The notes beneath the pieces were generated by a model. That model was not told the DNA's origin and made no database searches. It worked only from the letters and a program-made list of their open reading frames with translations. This document shows positions 49,360 through 61,025 of a stretch of DNA of 64,000 bases, piece after piece. Source of the DNA: Lingula anatina (Eukaryota; Animalia; Brachiopoda). The position numbers were made by a program, and so were the translations under genes. The first letter of the stretch is position 1, and every line of letters starts with the position of its first letter. Location: positions 19,730,567 to 19,794,566 of the forward strand of contig CM120649.1 in NCBI GenBank assembly GCA_051362555.1, in the 5' to 3' direction.

Positions 49360-49481
49360 CTGTGACCCCGCTCCATGTGGTAACAGTGACTTTGCCGTTA
49401 AACCTGTTTTTTTTTTTTTTTTTTTTTTCAATTACTATGTATATTAATATTTCTTCTCTGTTTACTTCAGGTCATTACATA

Positions 49482-50869
49482 CACACACTGGACAAAAGAA
49501 GTGTCACCCCCTACCTCAGAGTAATAAAAGTAGGCAGCTCTTGGATACTTATAATGCCTGGTCTACTTATAATGTGACTAATGAGTATAAAACCGCTATA
49601 CCATGGAATTGTATTGTTGGTCTTGTACATGTACAGCAAATGCTATTCCTGTCTTCCTCCAATATGGCAAGATACAGGCAATTATCTAACGGTTATAGGT
49701 GCAAGTTATTAACCGGAAGAGGCGGAATATAAGCAATGTCAGAATATCGATACAATTGAATTGTTCAGTCAGAACCGTGCAGAGGGTCTGGTCTCGGTAT
49801 AGAAACACTGGATCAAGAGACAAATTGCCTCTGATGGGTCGTCCAAGAAGAAAATACTGGCCGTGAAGACCGACGACTGATTTTGATGTTCAGGTTGTCA
49901 AAGTTCGACACTGCTTGTCAGTTGACAACACAGTGGAACACTTTCACACATAAGAATGTGTCTGTGGAAATTGCTAGGCGTCGGTTACATGCTCTGAGAG
50001 TGTACAGCAGGGTAGCAAGACTGAAACCTCTTATATCGTTACAAAACAGGCAACGTAGAGTAAACTAGGGTCAACAGGATCTGGAACTGGACAGTTCATG
50101 ACAATTGGTCCTATATATTTTTTTCTGATGAGTGTCGCTTTGGTCTGACCTCTGATGACAGACGGGCACTATGCTGGCAAACTGCTGGTAAAGCATTTGA
50201 ACCACATGCACTGAATTTTCGAACCCGGAGCAGCATATTCATCATGGTGTGGGACTGCATCAGCATCCATGGCTTGGGCGAATTGATAGTGGTTAATGGA
50301 AACATGAATCACTAAAAATATATCGATGTTTTGGAGTCAGGCTTGCTACCATCTATTACTAACATGTTTGGTGACAGGAATTATCCATTTGTTCACCAGG
50401 ATGACAATGCTCCTTGTCACAGGCCCAGAGCAGTTGATGATTGGTTTGACCAACAGGACATTCGCAGGGTGATGTGGCCTGCCCAGAGTCCGGATGCAAA
50501 CATAATAGAAAATGTGTGGAATGATATGTCAAAACTTTTCACAAATGCCCGTCTAACCAGCAGAGAAACTCTGTTATATTCAGTGTTTCATGCTTGGGCC
50601 AGCATAAGCCCTGAACGCATCAGACAATTATATGAAACCTTGCTTCGTAGACTGGCACCTATTATTAGGTCACGTGGCTATGCCACTAAGTACTAATTTT
50701 GGACTAGAAACTGCATATTTTGGTAGAATGTATATTTAGTTCTCATTTTGTGATTTTTTGTGAAATTTGATGTTAATAAAATGATACCAGGAGCATGTCA
50801 TTCCACAGTCATTTATCTCCCCCATTGTATTGGCTCAGTAGGGGTGACACTTCTTTTGTCCAGTGTGTG
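49482..50869 (+). mobile_element. Tc1 (DD34E) transposon with fragmented transposase
   Basis: TIR CACACACTGGACAAAAGAAGTGTCACCCC and TA TSD. The relic ORF runs from ~49663 to 50696 with IFFSDECRF, HQDDNAPCH and WPAQSPDANIIENVW (34 residues between D and E) and ends RGYATKY. Frameshifts and stops occur upstream. Confidence 0.93.
50331..50696 (+). pseudogene. Tc1 transposase C-terminal catalytic fragment
   Basis: QDDNAPCH...SPDANIIENVW motifs in the ORF-track protein. Confidence 0.9.
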
Positions 50870-51494
50870 TATAATGAGTCATATTGCTTTTTTTGTTCTT
50901 GCTTTTTCTTTTTATAACTTGCTTTTATTTATTTAGGTAGCGGAAAATGCGAAATGTAGAACCCCAGTATATGGAATGGACACCACCCGGGTAAAGTAAT
51001 CGGACTATAGTACTGTAACAGAAGCCCAACATACCCGTCACAGAGTAATTCTTGTCGCCTTAGCTGCGACGGCTGAAATGTGACGAACTCACCAAATTGT
51101 GTCCTTCACCGCTAACACAATCCAAGTTTAAATCCCATAATTTCTAGCCTCCAAACACTAAAGATATCCCCGGTCACGCTGTCGTCGGATTATAGTCCTA
51201 AGAGGAAAATAGTTTTTTTTCATTGTTACTTGATGCTTAGATTTACTATTTAGGTGTCGGGAAAAGCTGCTGCTAGCAGGGGAGGTAAGTACCTGACGAG
51301 TAAGGTCAGACAGTGTTTACCTGGTGACGCCGTTTACACCACACAAACCAGCAAGATAACAACAGGTTCGATCTCCACCATAATGATGCACCGCGGAGAA
51401 CTCTATTTAAATAGAGTTGGTGAATAAATGCAATAAGTGTGTAAATTTTAAGTGCACAATGTAAACTCTTCAATTATCAGGTGTAGAAAGCAAT

Positions 51495-54400
51495 ATGGAG
51501 GCTGCTGATCCTGAAGGATGTAATACAGATCATCCTGATAGTGAGAGCCACAGCAAACCAGACCTAGTGCTGAGTAAAGAGCAGAAGTACAGGACAGCAA
51601 TGGCGGAGTCTGAGAAACTGGCGCTGTTGGCCAGTGAGGTCACCATGGTGATATACAAGCAACGACTGGCGGTACTCCAAAACCTGGTCAAAATCTGGGA
51701 GGAGGAGAAACAGGTGTCTCCTGTATACCGTTTTCAAAAGGTGACTCAACTCAATGACATTATGAATAAATAAATAAATAAATAAATAAAGTCTGGGAGG
51801 AAGAGAAACAGGTGTCTCCTGTATACTGTTTTCAAAAGGTGACTAAACTCATTGACATTATAAATGAATAAATAAGTTAATAACTAAATGAGTTAATTAA
51901 AATTTTTTTTCTTGATTGGTTTTTGCACATTTTTGATGAAACCATTTTTTTTACTATTCCCATCGATAATTTAAATAATACATCCCAGTTCTCCAAACAT
52001 TCTCATGAAATAAAACACTGTGGAAGAACAAAGCACTCAGGGTGAATGATTAGAATTAGAATTGAATCAGAATGTTAATTAAAATGGCGGTGTTGAGAGT
52101 AATTAAAGTACAGATTCTTTTACATTCAGAAATGCTCTTCCAGTTAATTTCCATATTTGTGCACTCATTTTAAAAACTTTTTCATTTTCAGATTTCCACT
52201 GCACAAACTAGTCCTGAGGGTGTAGGTGACTCACTAGACGGCGCTTCATCGCCCATTAAACTCAACACAGTTATAAAACAAGAACTGGACAATGATGATG
52301 TATCATATAATGACCAGAGTGATGGCATCTCATCTGTAGTGTTTCCAACTCCAACTCCTACCATGTTAGTTCTTAACTCCTCCACCAGAGGGCCCCAGTT
52401 ACCTGTCCCAACCAATGAGAGTACCCAGGAGAGAATTCCCATTGGTGAGAACTCGTACAAATGCAGTCATTGTGAACTTGTGTTCTCACAACAGACAGCA
52501 ATGCTTCGGCATGAAAAAATCCACACAGCTAAAAATCACAGGTTCAACTTCAATAGGCAGCATTGTGGGAAGGCTGTACATGATGCAGCGCCACACAGTG
52601 GCAGATATAAATGTCAGTTCTGTGAGCTTACATTTCGCAAGATGAGTTCTCGTATTTATCATGAAACGACCCACGCAGGTGCCACGCCCTTCAAGTGCCA
52701 GTTTTGTGATAAGGCATTTGGTGACCGTAGTCACTGTATAAGCCACGAGAGAACACACGCAGACATCAAACCTTTTTTATGTCAGCAATGTGGGGTAACA
52801 TTCTCAAAGAGAGAGGAATATTTAAAACATGAGGAGTTACACGCCACCCCACACCCATATATATGTCAGTTCTGTAGCAAGTTATTCAAAGATGAAACAG
52901 AGCATGCCTTTCATGAAATGACACACACAGGGGACGAGCCCTATGAATGCCATCATTGCGGAACCAGTTTTAAAACCAAGATAAACTGCATTGAGCATGA
53001 AAGAACCCACACTACTAAAGCATACAAGTGCAAGTTCTGCCGGAAGACATTTAAATATCAGAAGAACTGTTTTACACACGAGAAGTCCCACCTTGACTTT
53101 CTTCCATTTAGATGTAATTACTGCAAGAAGTCGTTTTCCAGCGATGAGGAGAAGAAATCTCACGAAGCGAGTCACACTGGAGATACTCCATACAAATGCC
53201 GTTACTGTGATTTAACATTTCCAGCGAAGCGCGCCTGTATGGACCATGAGAGGACGCACCCTGACGAAAAACCCTTCAAATGTCGGTACTGTGGAAAAAT
53301 GTTTGTCTACGAATACATGTGTATATGGCACGAACGAAAACACACGGGAGAAAAACCCTACAGGTGCCGCCACTGCAGCAGAACATTCAGAATGCAGAGA
53401 AGGTGTGTAGAACATGAACGGACGCACACCGGCGACAATCCATACAAATGTAAATACTGTGAAAGAAACTTCCCGTACAGGAGCATGTGTGTCACGCACG
53501 AGAGAACACACACGGGGGAAAAACCTTATCACTGCCAGTACTGCAACAAGGACTTCGCAAGAAACGATTCTAGAACCATCCATGAGAGGATTCACAGTGG
53601 TGAAAAACCTTTTAAGTGCCGTTTTTGTGGCAGTGTGTTTGCACATAAAAATTCATGCATGGTACACGAGAGAACGCACGGTGTTGAAGAACCAGTTCCG
53701 AAACCCCAGTCAATGTCGCCTCTAGATAGGCCGGCCCAAGAAATGGGGGTAGTTTCTGTCATTAAGGAGACATTTCTCTGTCAGTTCTGCAACAAGTCGT
53801 ATACAGATCAAGCGGATCATTCTTTCCACGAGATGACACACACTGGGGACAGACCTTACGAGTGCCGCCATTGCAGAGACACATTTGAATCCAAGGCAAG
53901 CTGTGTGGAACATGAAAGTAGTCACCACACTGCCAGGAAGTCAAAGACGTACAAATGTAGATTTTGTGACAAGGTGTTCTCCAGAAATATGAGATGTGTG
54001 CAGCATGAAAGAACTCACACTGGTGAAAAACCTTTCCAGTGCCAGTACTGCTGCTTGAGGTTCACTAACAAGAAACCATGTGTTGATCATGAAAAAACCC
54101 ACACTGGAGACGCACCAACATTCGAATGCCAGTTCTGCAAAAAGATCTTCCCTCGCAAAGACCACTGTATAATTCACGAACGAACGCACACTGGAGAAAA
54201 GCCATACAAATGCAAGCACTGCAGTATAACATTCACCAATGCCAGTAACTGTCGACGCCATGAGTTCACTCACATCGATAAAACTCCCTTCAAATGTGAA
54301 TTCTGTAAAAAATCGTTCACTGAGGAAAGCCACTTCACACTACACATGGGCAAACACACCAGTGATGGCAAGTTTAAGTGCGGGTACTGCAGCAGTGCCT

Positions 54401-54543
54401 TTAAATATCTCAGTAAGTGCAAACAGCATGAGCGGACGCACACGGGCGAGAAACCATTCAAGTGTCGGCACTGTGACAGCGCCTTCACCAGGAATGACTC
54501 CCTGGCGCGCCATGAGAAGACGCACGCTGGGGAACTCAACTAG
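51495..54543 (+). CDS. C2H2 zinc-finger protein, 23 fingers (~856 aa, 2 coding exons)
   Basis: Exons 51495-51713 and 52192-54543 (phase 0, in frame with ORF 52339). CxxC-x12-HxxxH repeats with TGEKPY-type linkers form two arrays (14 + 9). A probable non-coding exon ends at the donor at ~51285. Confidence 0.92.
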
Positions 54544-55054
54544 GCCTACAGGTGTCACCACTGTGAGCTGTCCTACAACTCTACGCAGAAACGTCTGGCT
54601 CATGAAATAACTCGTAATAATGTCAAAACTCTAAACAAGTCGTAAACCCTCAGCAGTATTTATACTCACACCATCATGTTTTCAAAACGTCTGAGCACAC
54701 GGCGTTGTGTAAAGTCATGAAAATGTATTACATTCTATTCTATATATCGGCTTTAAACTGCTACACACTTGAAATAAATTCCTATGTAGATCTTTTTTGT
54801 AATAAAGTACAATAGCATTTTGTCTTTTTACATTATTAAAATGGCAATCAGAATCACGTTAACTATCAGCGTCGTCACTCGTTAATAAAAGTATGTGTTC
54901 AGTTAATCCACTTTTGTCAGGTCCTCCTGGAGAGGTATAACCATAGAATTTATACATATATATATATATATAGAGAGAGAGAGAGGTGGGCTGGAGGAGA
55001 GAAGAGAGAGAAAGAGCTTATAAAATCCATCAGGACATAAAAGCAGACCATGGT

Positions 55055-55239
55055 CAGACCCGTAGCCAGAATATTTAAAAGGGGGGTTCTTTTACTGAAA
55101 AAGTGGACCTTTTACAATGAAACTTACGTGTACCAAGATCAAATTTTACCCAAAATGGACCTTTTCCTGACTGAAGGGGCGGTTCTTTCGATCCCCCCGA
55201 ATCCCCCCCCCCCCCCCCCCCTCCCTGGCTACGGGCCTG
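55055..55239. mobile_element. CAGG-type MITE, copy 3
   Basis: CAGACCCGTAGCCAG ... CTGGCTACGGGCCTG, with flanks ATGGT/ATGAT. Confidence 0.7.
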
Positions 55240-56215
55240 ATGATGCAGTGAGAAGGTGGTTTTATCCTGTTCTTTCCTCAACAAAGTTTACCAATCATAA
55301 CGTTATAACTATAAGAAAAGTAAGTGGTCATGGGATGTTGTAGGGAGTTTGGAAGCTCATTTTACAAGTAGATCATGACAGTTTAGCTTGAAAGCTGAAT
55401 GTTGGCATCGTCTCACGTGAGACGGCAACAGCACATATTACGTAACCCAACCAAGTGACAACGTAGCTTCCGGACTTAGCAAAGAAAGGGCACACTATTA
55501 AAGCATGTACAAAAATGTTTTATTTACAGATGTACAATGATGTAGTGATTGTAAGAAAATAATTTCACCCAATTTCTGCCTTGGCCATTCATAATATACG
55601 GTTCATTGCTCCAACTTTTCCAGGTTTTTATCATTCTGTGTTTCTTAAACAATGAACAGAAAAAAAACTCACTCTGTTGGTTAAGTCAGAATATAAAGTG
55701 AATGTCCAAATTAATCAAATATTAAATCTAATTTAATGAATACAAGTCATAAATATGTATCAATGGTGAAAATACTATGGAATGTCCTCCTGATGCTGTC
55801 ATTACTTCTACATCCACAAATGTTGCAAATCGCTACCCAACCTTAACGAGGATGTGTCAATTATCTGTACTCCATTCCTTTTTTTGGGGGGGGCAGTTAA
55901 AATTTTTTTTTTGAAATAAGGTATTACGCAGGGAATGGCTTGTTCAGAGGATTACCAAAAGAAAACCATATTCAGTAAGCGATGGTGTTTAAAACCACTG
56001 CCCTGGTGTATTCCACTATCATCTTTTGTTTGTTCACTTCTCTATTAACGACTGACAGCCTGATGATGATGATTGTTGGTTCACAAGTTTTTTTGAGCTC
56101 ATTTTCTTCTGTGTTGCGACTCCAGTCAATGGCAGCTGCAGGTTTCCGTGAATTTGTTACTGTTCTGCTGTCCAGTCTCTCTTCATTTGTCAATGTCTGC
56201 ATCCTCAAACTGTTT

Positions 56216-58604
56216 TCATTTATCAATGTCCGCATCTTCAAACTGTCCTGTTTCCATGTCTTCTTCCTCCTCTTCTTGCATGGTTTCTGTCATAGTACAA
56301 AGACTCCATGTTAATCAGCAATCTCATCAAGTCAAAATTAATTTTTCATCACACAGTTATAACAAATTAACCCAAAAATAATTTTGGACATTTTGATGTG
56401 TTTACAATTAATCAATTCAGTTACTAGCAGTGTTTGCCTCTTAGGAAAATTAGCTGGACAGAATGTCTGATGGGTGGGAAAACTTCTCAGCCCTACTGAA
56501 AGTTGTCTGCCCCGGGCAGACGGTCCAGCCTAAATTTCTAACACTGGTTACTAGTATTCATAGAATTTTGACCAACACAAAATGTGACTGAAATAAAATG
56601 AAGTTATCTTTACGGCATATGAAATCAAAGTTATGACACTTGAAAAATAATTAAACGTGTTTAGCACTTAACACTGTATAAGCTGTAACATTCAGTTGAC
56701 ATGACAGTGTGTTAGTTGTGATAGTGCATTAGTTGTGACAGTGTGTTAGATGTGATAGTGTGTTAGTTGTGATAGTGTGTTAGATGTGACAGTGTGTTAG
56801 TTGTGATAGTGTGTTGGATGTGACAGTGCTCAGTTAGCATACCTTCCCCTGCCTGTCCATTGGTTTCTGTTGTGTCCACAGTGAATATGGATGTGACAGT
56901 GTGTTAGTTGTGACAGTGTGTTAGATGTGACAGTGCTCAGTTAGCATACCTTCCCCTGCCTGTCCATTGGTTTCTGTTGTGCCCACAGAGAATATGGACT
57001 CTAGATGCTGTAAAGTTGCAGAGTTCCCCTCCTCTCCCTCCTCTCCAAAGAAGTCATCTAAAAATAAGTCAAACAGTTCTGATCTGATTTTAAGGACAGC
57101 AATTTCAGGTTTAAGTTTGGTAAATATCATAATTAAAAAATGGTATTTAAAAATCCCATTAATGGTTTTGTATTTCACTAAAATAAGATTTTTTGAGAAA
57201 CTAGGGCCTCGTGATTAAATATGCATTGCTCTCATTAGTGTGTGTATAAACTCACCCTCCACAGAGTCCGAGTCTGCCTGATCTGGATGCAAAACTTGAC
57301 ATTCTGACATCGCCTCAAACATGGCATCCACTGAAATAATAAAATATAAACTATACATTGACTACACTTTATCTCAGGTAAAAAAAAAAAGACACTAACA
57401 CTCCCTTACTTCTGTCCCCAATTTAGACATCTAAAGTATAAAGTTTTATCCTTTACAAAGAGAAAACTCCACAGCTGAGTGGCCAGAAACACTACTTACA
57501 TTGCCCTTTGTCCTGTGGTACAAATCTGAACTCTGTAATTGGCTGTTCATCTTCTACTTCATCATCTTCCTCCTCCTCCTCAGCTCCGCTGTGACCATTT
57601 TGTCCCTCTGGCTCTGAAACAGACAAAACAGATGTCAGTGGAAATGTTGTAGACAGGTCATATTACAGAGCAGTTCTTCTTGGCATTAGTAGAGCCACAT
57701 GCTTATTACCTTAAAGCTGCAACAGGAAGACAAAGTAGGTGCTCAGTCAGGAAAAAGACTACATTTGAATTATACAGGGTTAACACTGTCTTTAGTAAAA
57801 TAAGACTTACAATTTGGCACAGGGGTCTGACCCCCCCCCCCCCCCCCCCCCCCTCCACCTCCTCCAAAACAGTATTGCAGTTCTGTTATATCTCAAAAAA
57901 TGATACTTTGGCTTCTAAAAATTAATTAAAATTAAGTCAGAAAAATCTCATCCCTCATTATAAACTGTTAAATATATATGCATGATATATATAATGAGCC
58001 ATTCAAGGCCCATGCTAAGAGGATCACCTCCCAGATCTCCCTCCACCATTAGGTACAGACACTCCTGTGAGAAAGCTGATAGGTCTCTGGACACCGCATG
58101 CAGGGAGATGGACGGATACTCCAGAGAAAACCCCTTCTCATCTTCACCAACCCAGGAGAGACGGCTGAAAATCATATGAAAAAAGTTTATGATAAAGCAA
58201 TACCACGTAATTCAAGTTTAATTTTGAATGAAATAATCCATATAATGTAACTCAACAAATTCATTACACCAAGTAATGACTTTCTTTAATGTGCATCGGA
58301 AGTGAAAATATATATTTCACATATAAAATGCATAGCTTGTGAAAATATGTATATAAACTATCAACAATAGTACACGTACGCCAGATTTTAATGCAATTGC
58401 ACTGATTATTTTTTTAATGAGATTTTCTTTAAAAAGTCAAGTCAGATCACTACAGCTTCATATTTACCTTTCAGCAATGTAAAGCGTGCCTTTTCCTAAG
58501 ACTCGACTCTGTGGGTTTTTTATTCCCTTCACGTGGACTTCAGTGTTTGATTGTTCGCACCTTATCCCTTCAGCTGGTGGTGGAAAGTTTGTCAACACGA
58601 CCAT
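56216..58604 (-). CDS. CLNS1A: Methylosome subunit pICln (~213 aa, 6 exons)
   Basis: Exons: 58604-58468, 58164-58028, 57613-57500, 57330-57256, 57057-56950, 56286-56216. Hallmark motifs: FPPPAEGIR, LGKGTLYIAESRLSW, GFSLEYPSISLHAVSRD, acidic tract, EFRFVP, AMFEAMSECQVLHPD, GQFEDAD. Confidence 0.96.
56700..56945. repeat. 18-bp minisatellite (TGTGACAGTGTGTTAGT/A) with an embedded duplicate of the CLNS1A exon-5 3' end
   Basis: Tandem units are visible, and 56818-56891 duplicates 56925-56998, including the splice donor. Confidence 0.85.
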
Positions 58605-59110
58605 ACCTGTTATCTTATCTGATCCACAACAGATAAGCACGTTTCACGCGCTGAAAAGATTGAATGAACCTGATGGTATTCGCAACGCGATCGCAACACG
58701 TTGTTTTGTGAAAACAATATGGCTTCCGTAATTTAAACCAATCAGACGACGGGTTGTGTTTGGTGCTGGACAGTAGCAGCTGGACAGCTACTGGAACTAT
58801 TTTGCAGGTTACGCCGCTTTCCGGTTTCCCAATCGAAAATAAATTCCGTACAGAATTTTCGCGTTTTAAAGTAAAAATTACCTTTTGTTTTGTCTTTTAT
58901 TGATTACAATCCTTCAAAACTACGAACTAAAAGATGACCTCTTGCACTATTTTACGGTTCACCGGAACGCGTAACGTAACAGCTGACAGTGCAGTCCGGT
59001 CGACCTTCTGCTACAGTAAAGGTAAATTGATTTTCCCCGTTGTTAACAAAGAATTTTAACAAATCAACCGACAGCGTTGTGAGGGACATGAAGGTTTCCC
59101 CAGCAAGGTG
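58605..59110. promoter_or_regulatory. Bidirectional promoter region between CLNS1A and TMEM164
   Basis: CpG-richer interval with CCAAT (~58738 and ~58829) and ETS-like TTCCGG/CCGGAA motifs. Plus-strand donors at ~59021 (AAG|GTAAAT) and ~59107 (AAG|GTGAGA) suggest a TMEM164 5'UTR exon. Confidence 0.5.
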
Positions 59111-60076
59111 AGACCAAAGTGTTTATGTGCTCATTGTATAAATTTTTATTCATGAATGAACGATAAGTTAATTTTTCGCCGCCCCCTTTTGTAACAATGG
59201 TTAACGCTGCCGCTAGTTGAACCTGTATTCTTGGTGAATAAACATATTAGCCGTGTGTCATGCCAGTTCACTAATGATCATAACGCATCAGTTTTGAAGC
59301 CATGGGTTATTGTAGCATCTTGAAATGCACTGTTACGTAAGTGACACGTAGTATGTAAAGTGAGTAACAACTGGTAGACTTCGTTAATATTGGCTATTGT
59401 ATTGTTATTAATATTAGTCATAGCATTTGTCACGTAACTTATACATAATAGCCTCGGTATATTTAGGTTTATTCATACATAGGCTGTTGATACTTATGAG
59501 TTTATTGTGGAAAGAATCTCAGTTACATGCATAAAGATAGGCTAACTGTTAAGAACACTATATGTTATTATCTACGAGGTATATTGAATTAATTAACTTA
59601 ACATGATAATTATAACATAATAATTATGATATTATATGCATACAGACACTATTGTCCTCACATCATAAACTAATTCATAGCTTTGTCATCTTGATCTTAC
59701 AATTTTGATATGAACAAAAAGTGTCACATTTGTTTGTGGTTACTAGTACCAAGTAGCTTGCATGACAGCGTTTTCTTAATTTAGTGCTTTTCTAACTAAA
59801 CGTTTTTCTTTCAATGCAGATGCAACATTTGGGAGTGTCCTTAATGCTCACATTTTGCAATATGTGTTTATAGCATTTCTTTTGATTATGAATTTTTTTT
59901 TTAAAGCTCGATGTTAAACTTATGACAAAACCACAATTACATTTTAAACTTCATTTTTGTTTCAGAGACAATCACATGATGTTTTCACATTGATCTCCAT
60001 AGTAATAACATCTCAGGTTAATCATTATTTTTACATGTAATCACCAAAAAAAAGGAACTTATCAACATATCATAAG

Positions 60077-60469
60077 ATGGAGATTCCACAAGTAAATCTG
60101 ACCATAGAGGGTGCTGTTGAACCCATCTCGAAGTGGAACACCTACGCTAAGACACTGTTATATTGGACATACGAGGGGGTTGATTACAGCATAGATGGAA
60201 CAGGAGGCGAGGATTGCGTAAACTTTTTAGGCCTCGGTCAACGCCTCATCGAGACCTTCTTTGCCTGTGGGTTAGCCTGCTTGGCAATGTACGTGGCATA
60301 TCCCAGGTTGAAGCTTCCACAGACCTTAGCAGAAGATAGAAATTCTAAAATGAAGAGATTTTTGTCAGTATTACTGACACTGACATTTGGCGTGGAATTA
60401 GGCTACAAGTTGGCTACCAAGCAGTTTATTTGGATATTTAACCCTTGCCATCTGGAAACCATAGCACAG
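60077..60469 (+). CDS. TMEM164: Transmembrane protein 164, first coding exon (gene continues beyond the window)
   Basis: LLYWTYEGVDYSIDGTGGEDCVNFL..QRLIET and LTLTFGVELGYKLATKQFIWIFNPCHL match the TMEM164 N-terminus. The donor CAG|GTAAGT is at 60469. Confidence 0.92.
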
Positions 60470-60973
60470 GTAAGTAATTGAGGTCTTTTCATTTTTGCAC
60501 AGTTTTTCCATGCTGGATTCAGTGTTAAAATGTGAAATTTGCCTGTCCAAGTTTGGCTGTCACCTTTCTTTGTTGATAAATCAAAAATTAAAAATCAACT
60601 ACTAGTATTTTTATAATGCCACTGAAAGAATTTCAAACACTGATTTGTTTTTGATTAAATAAGGTTGAAAGATAAAGTCACCCAAGTCACAAATTATTGC
60701 CTATGGTACTGGATTCGTTGAGTATCATAAGTAAAATTTCATGTGTTTTATTTAGATTCAGTTACTAAGCCAAGCATGGAGCTCTCTATGATCTGTATAG
60801 TGTTTGCAAAGGATCAGCAGTCTTTCTCTTGGTGCTTTTTTTTAGCCTCAATAAACTGAACAGGTTGCATGACTAGTGGCTTTCATATAGAAACGTAATC
60901 TGGCATTGTCTTTTGTTCCCACTGACTTGCCTAATATGTGTGGAAGATTTATGTGTTGTCCATGTGAAGAACT

Positions 60974-61025
<52 letters not shown>

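Noticed and set aside
52415-54610. Multiple alternative-frame and antisense ORFs over the zinc-finger exon
   Set aside because: These are shadow ORFs of repetitive C2H2 coding sequence.
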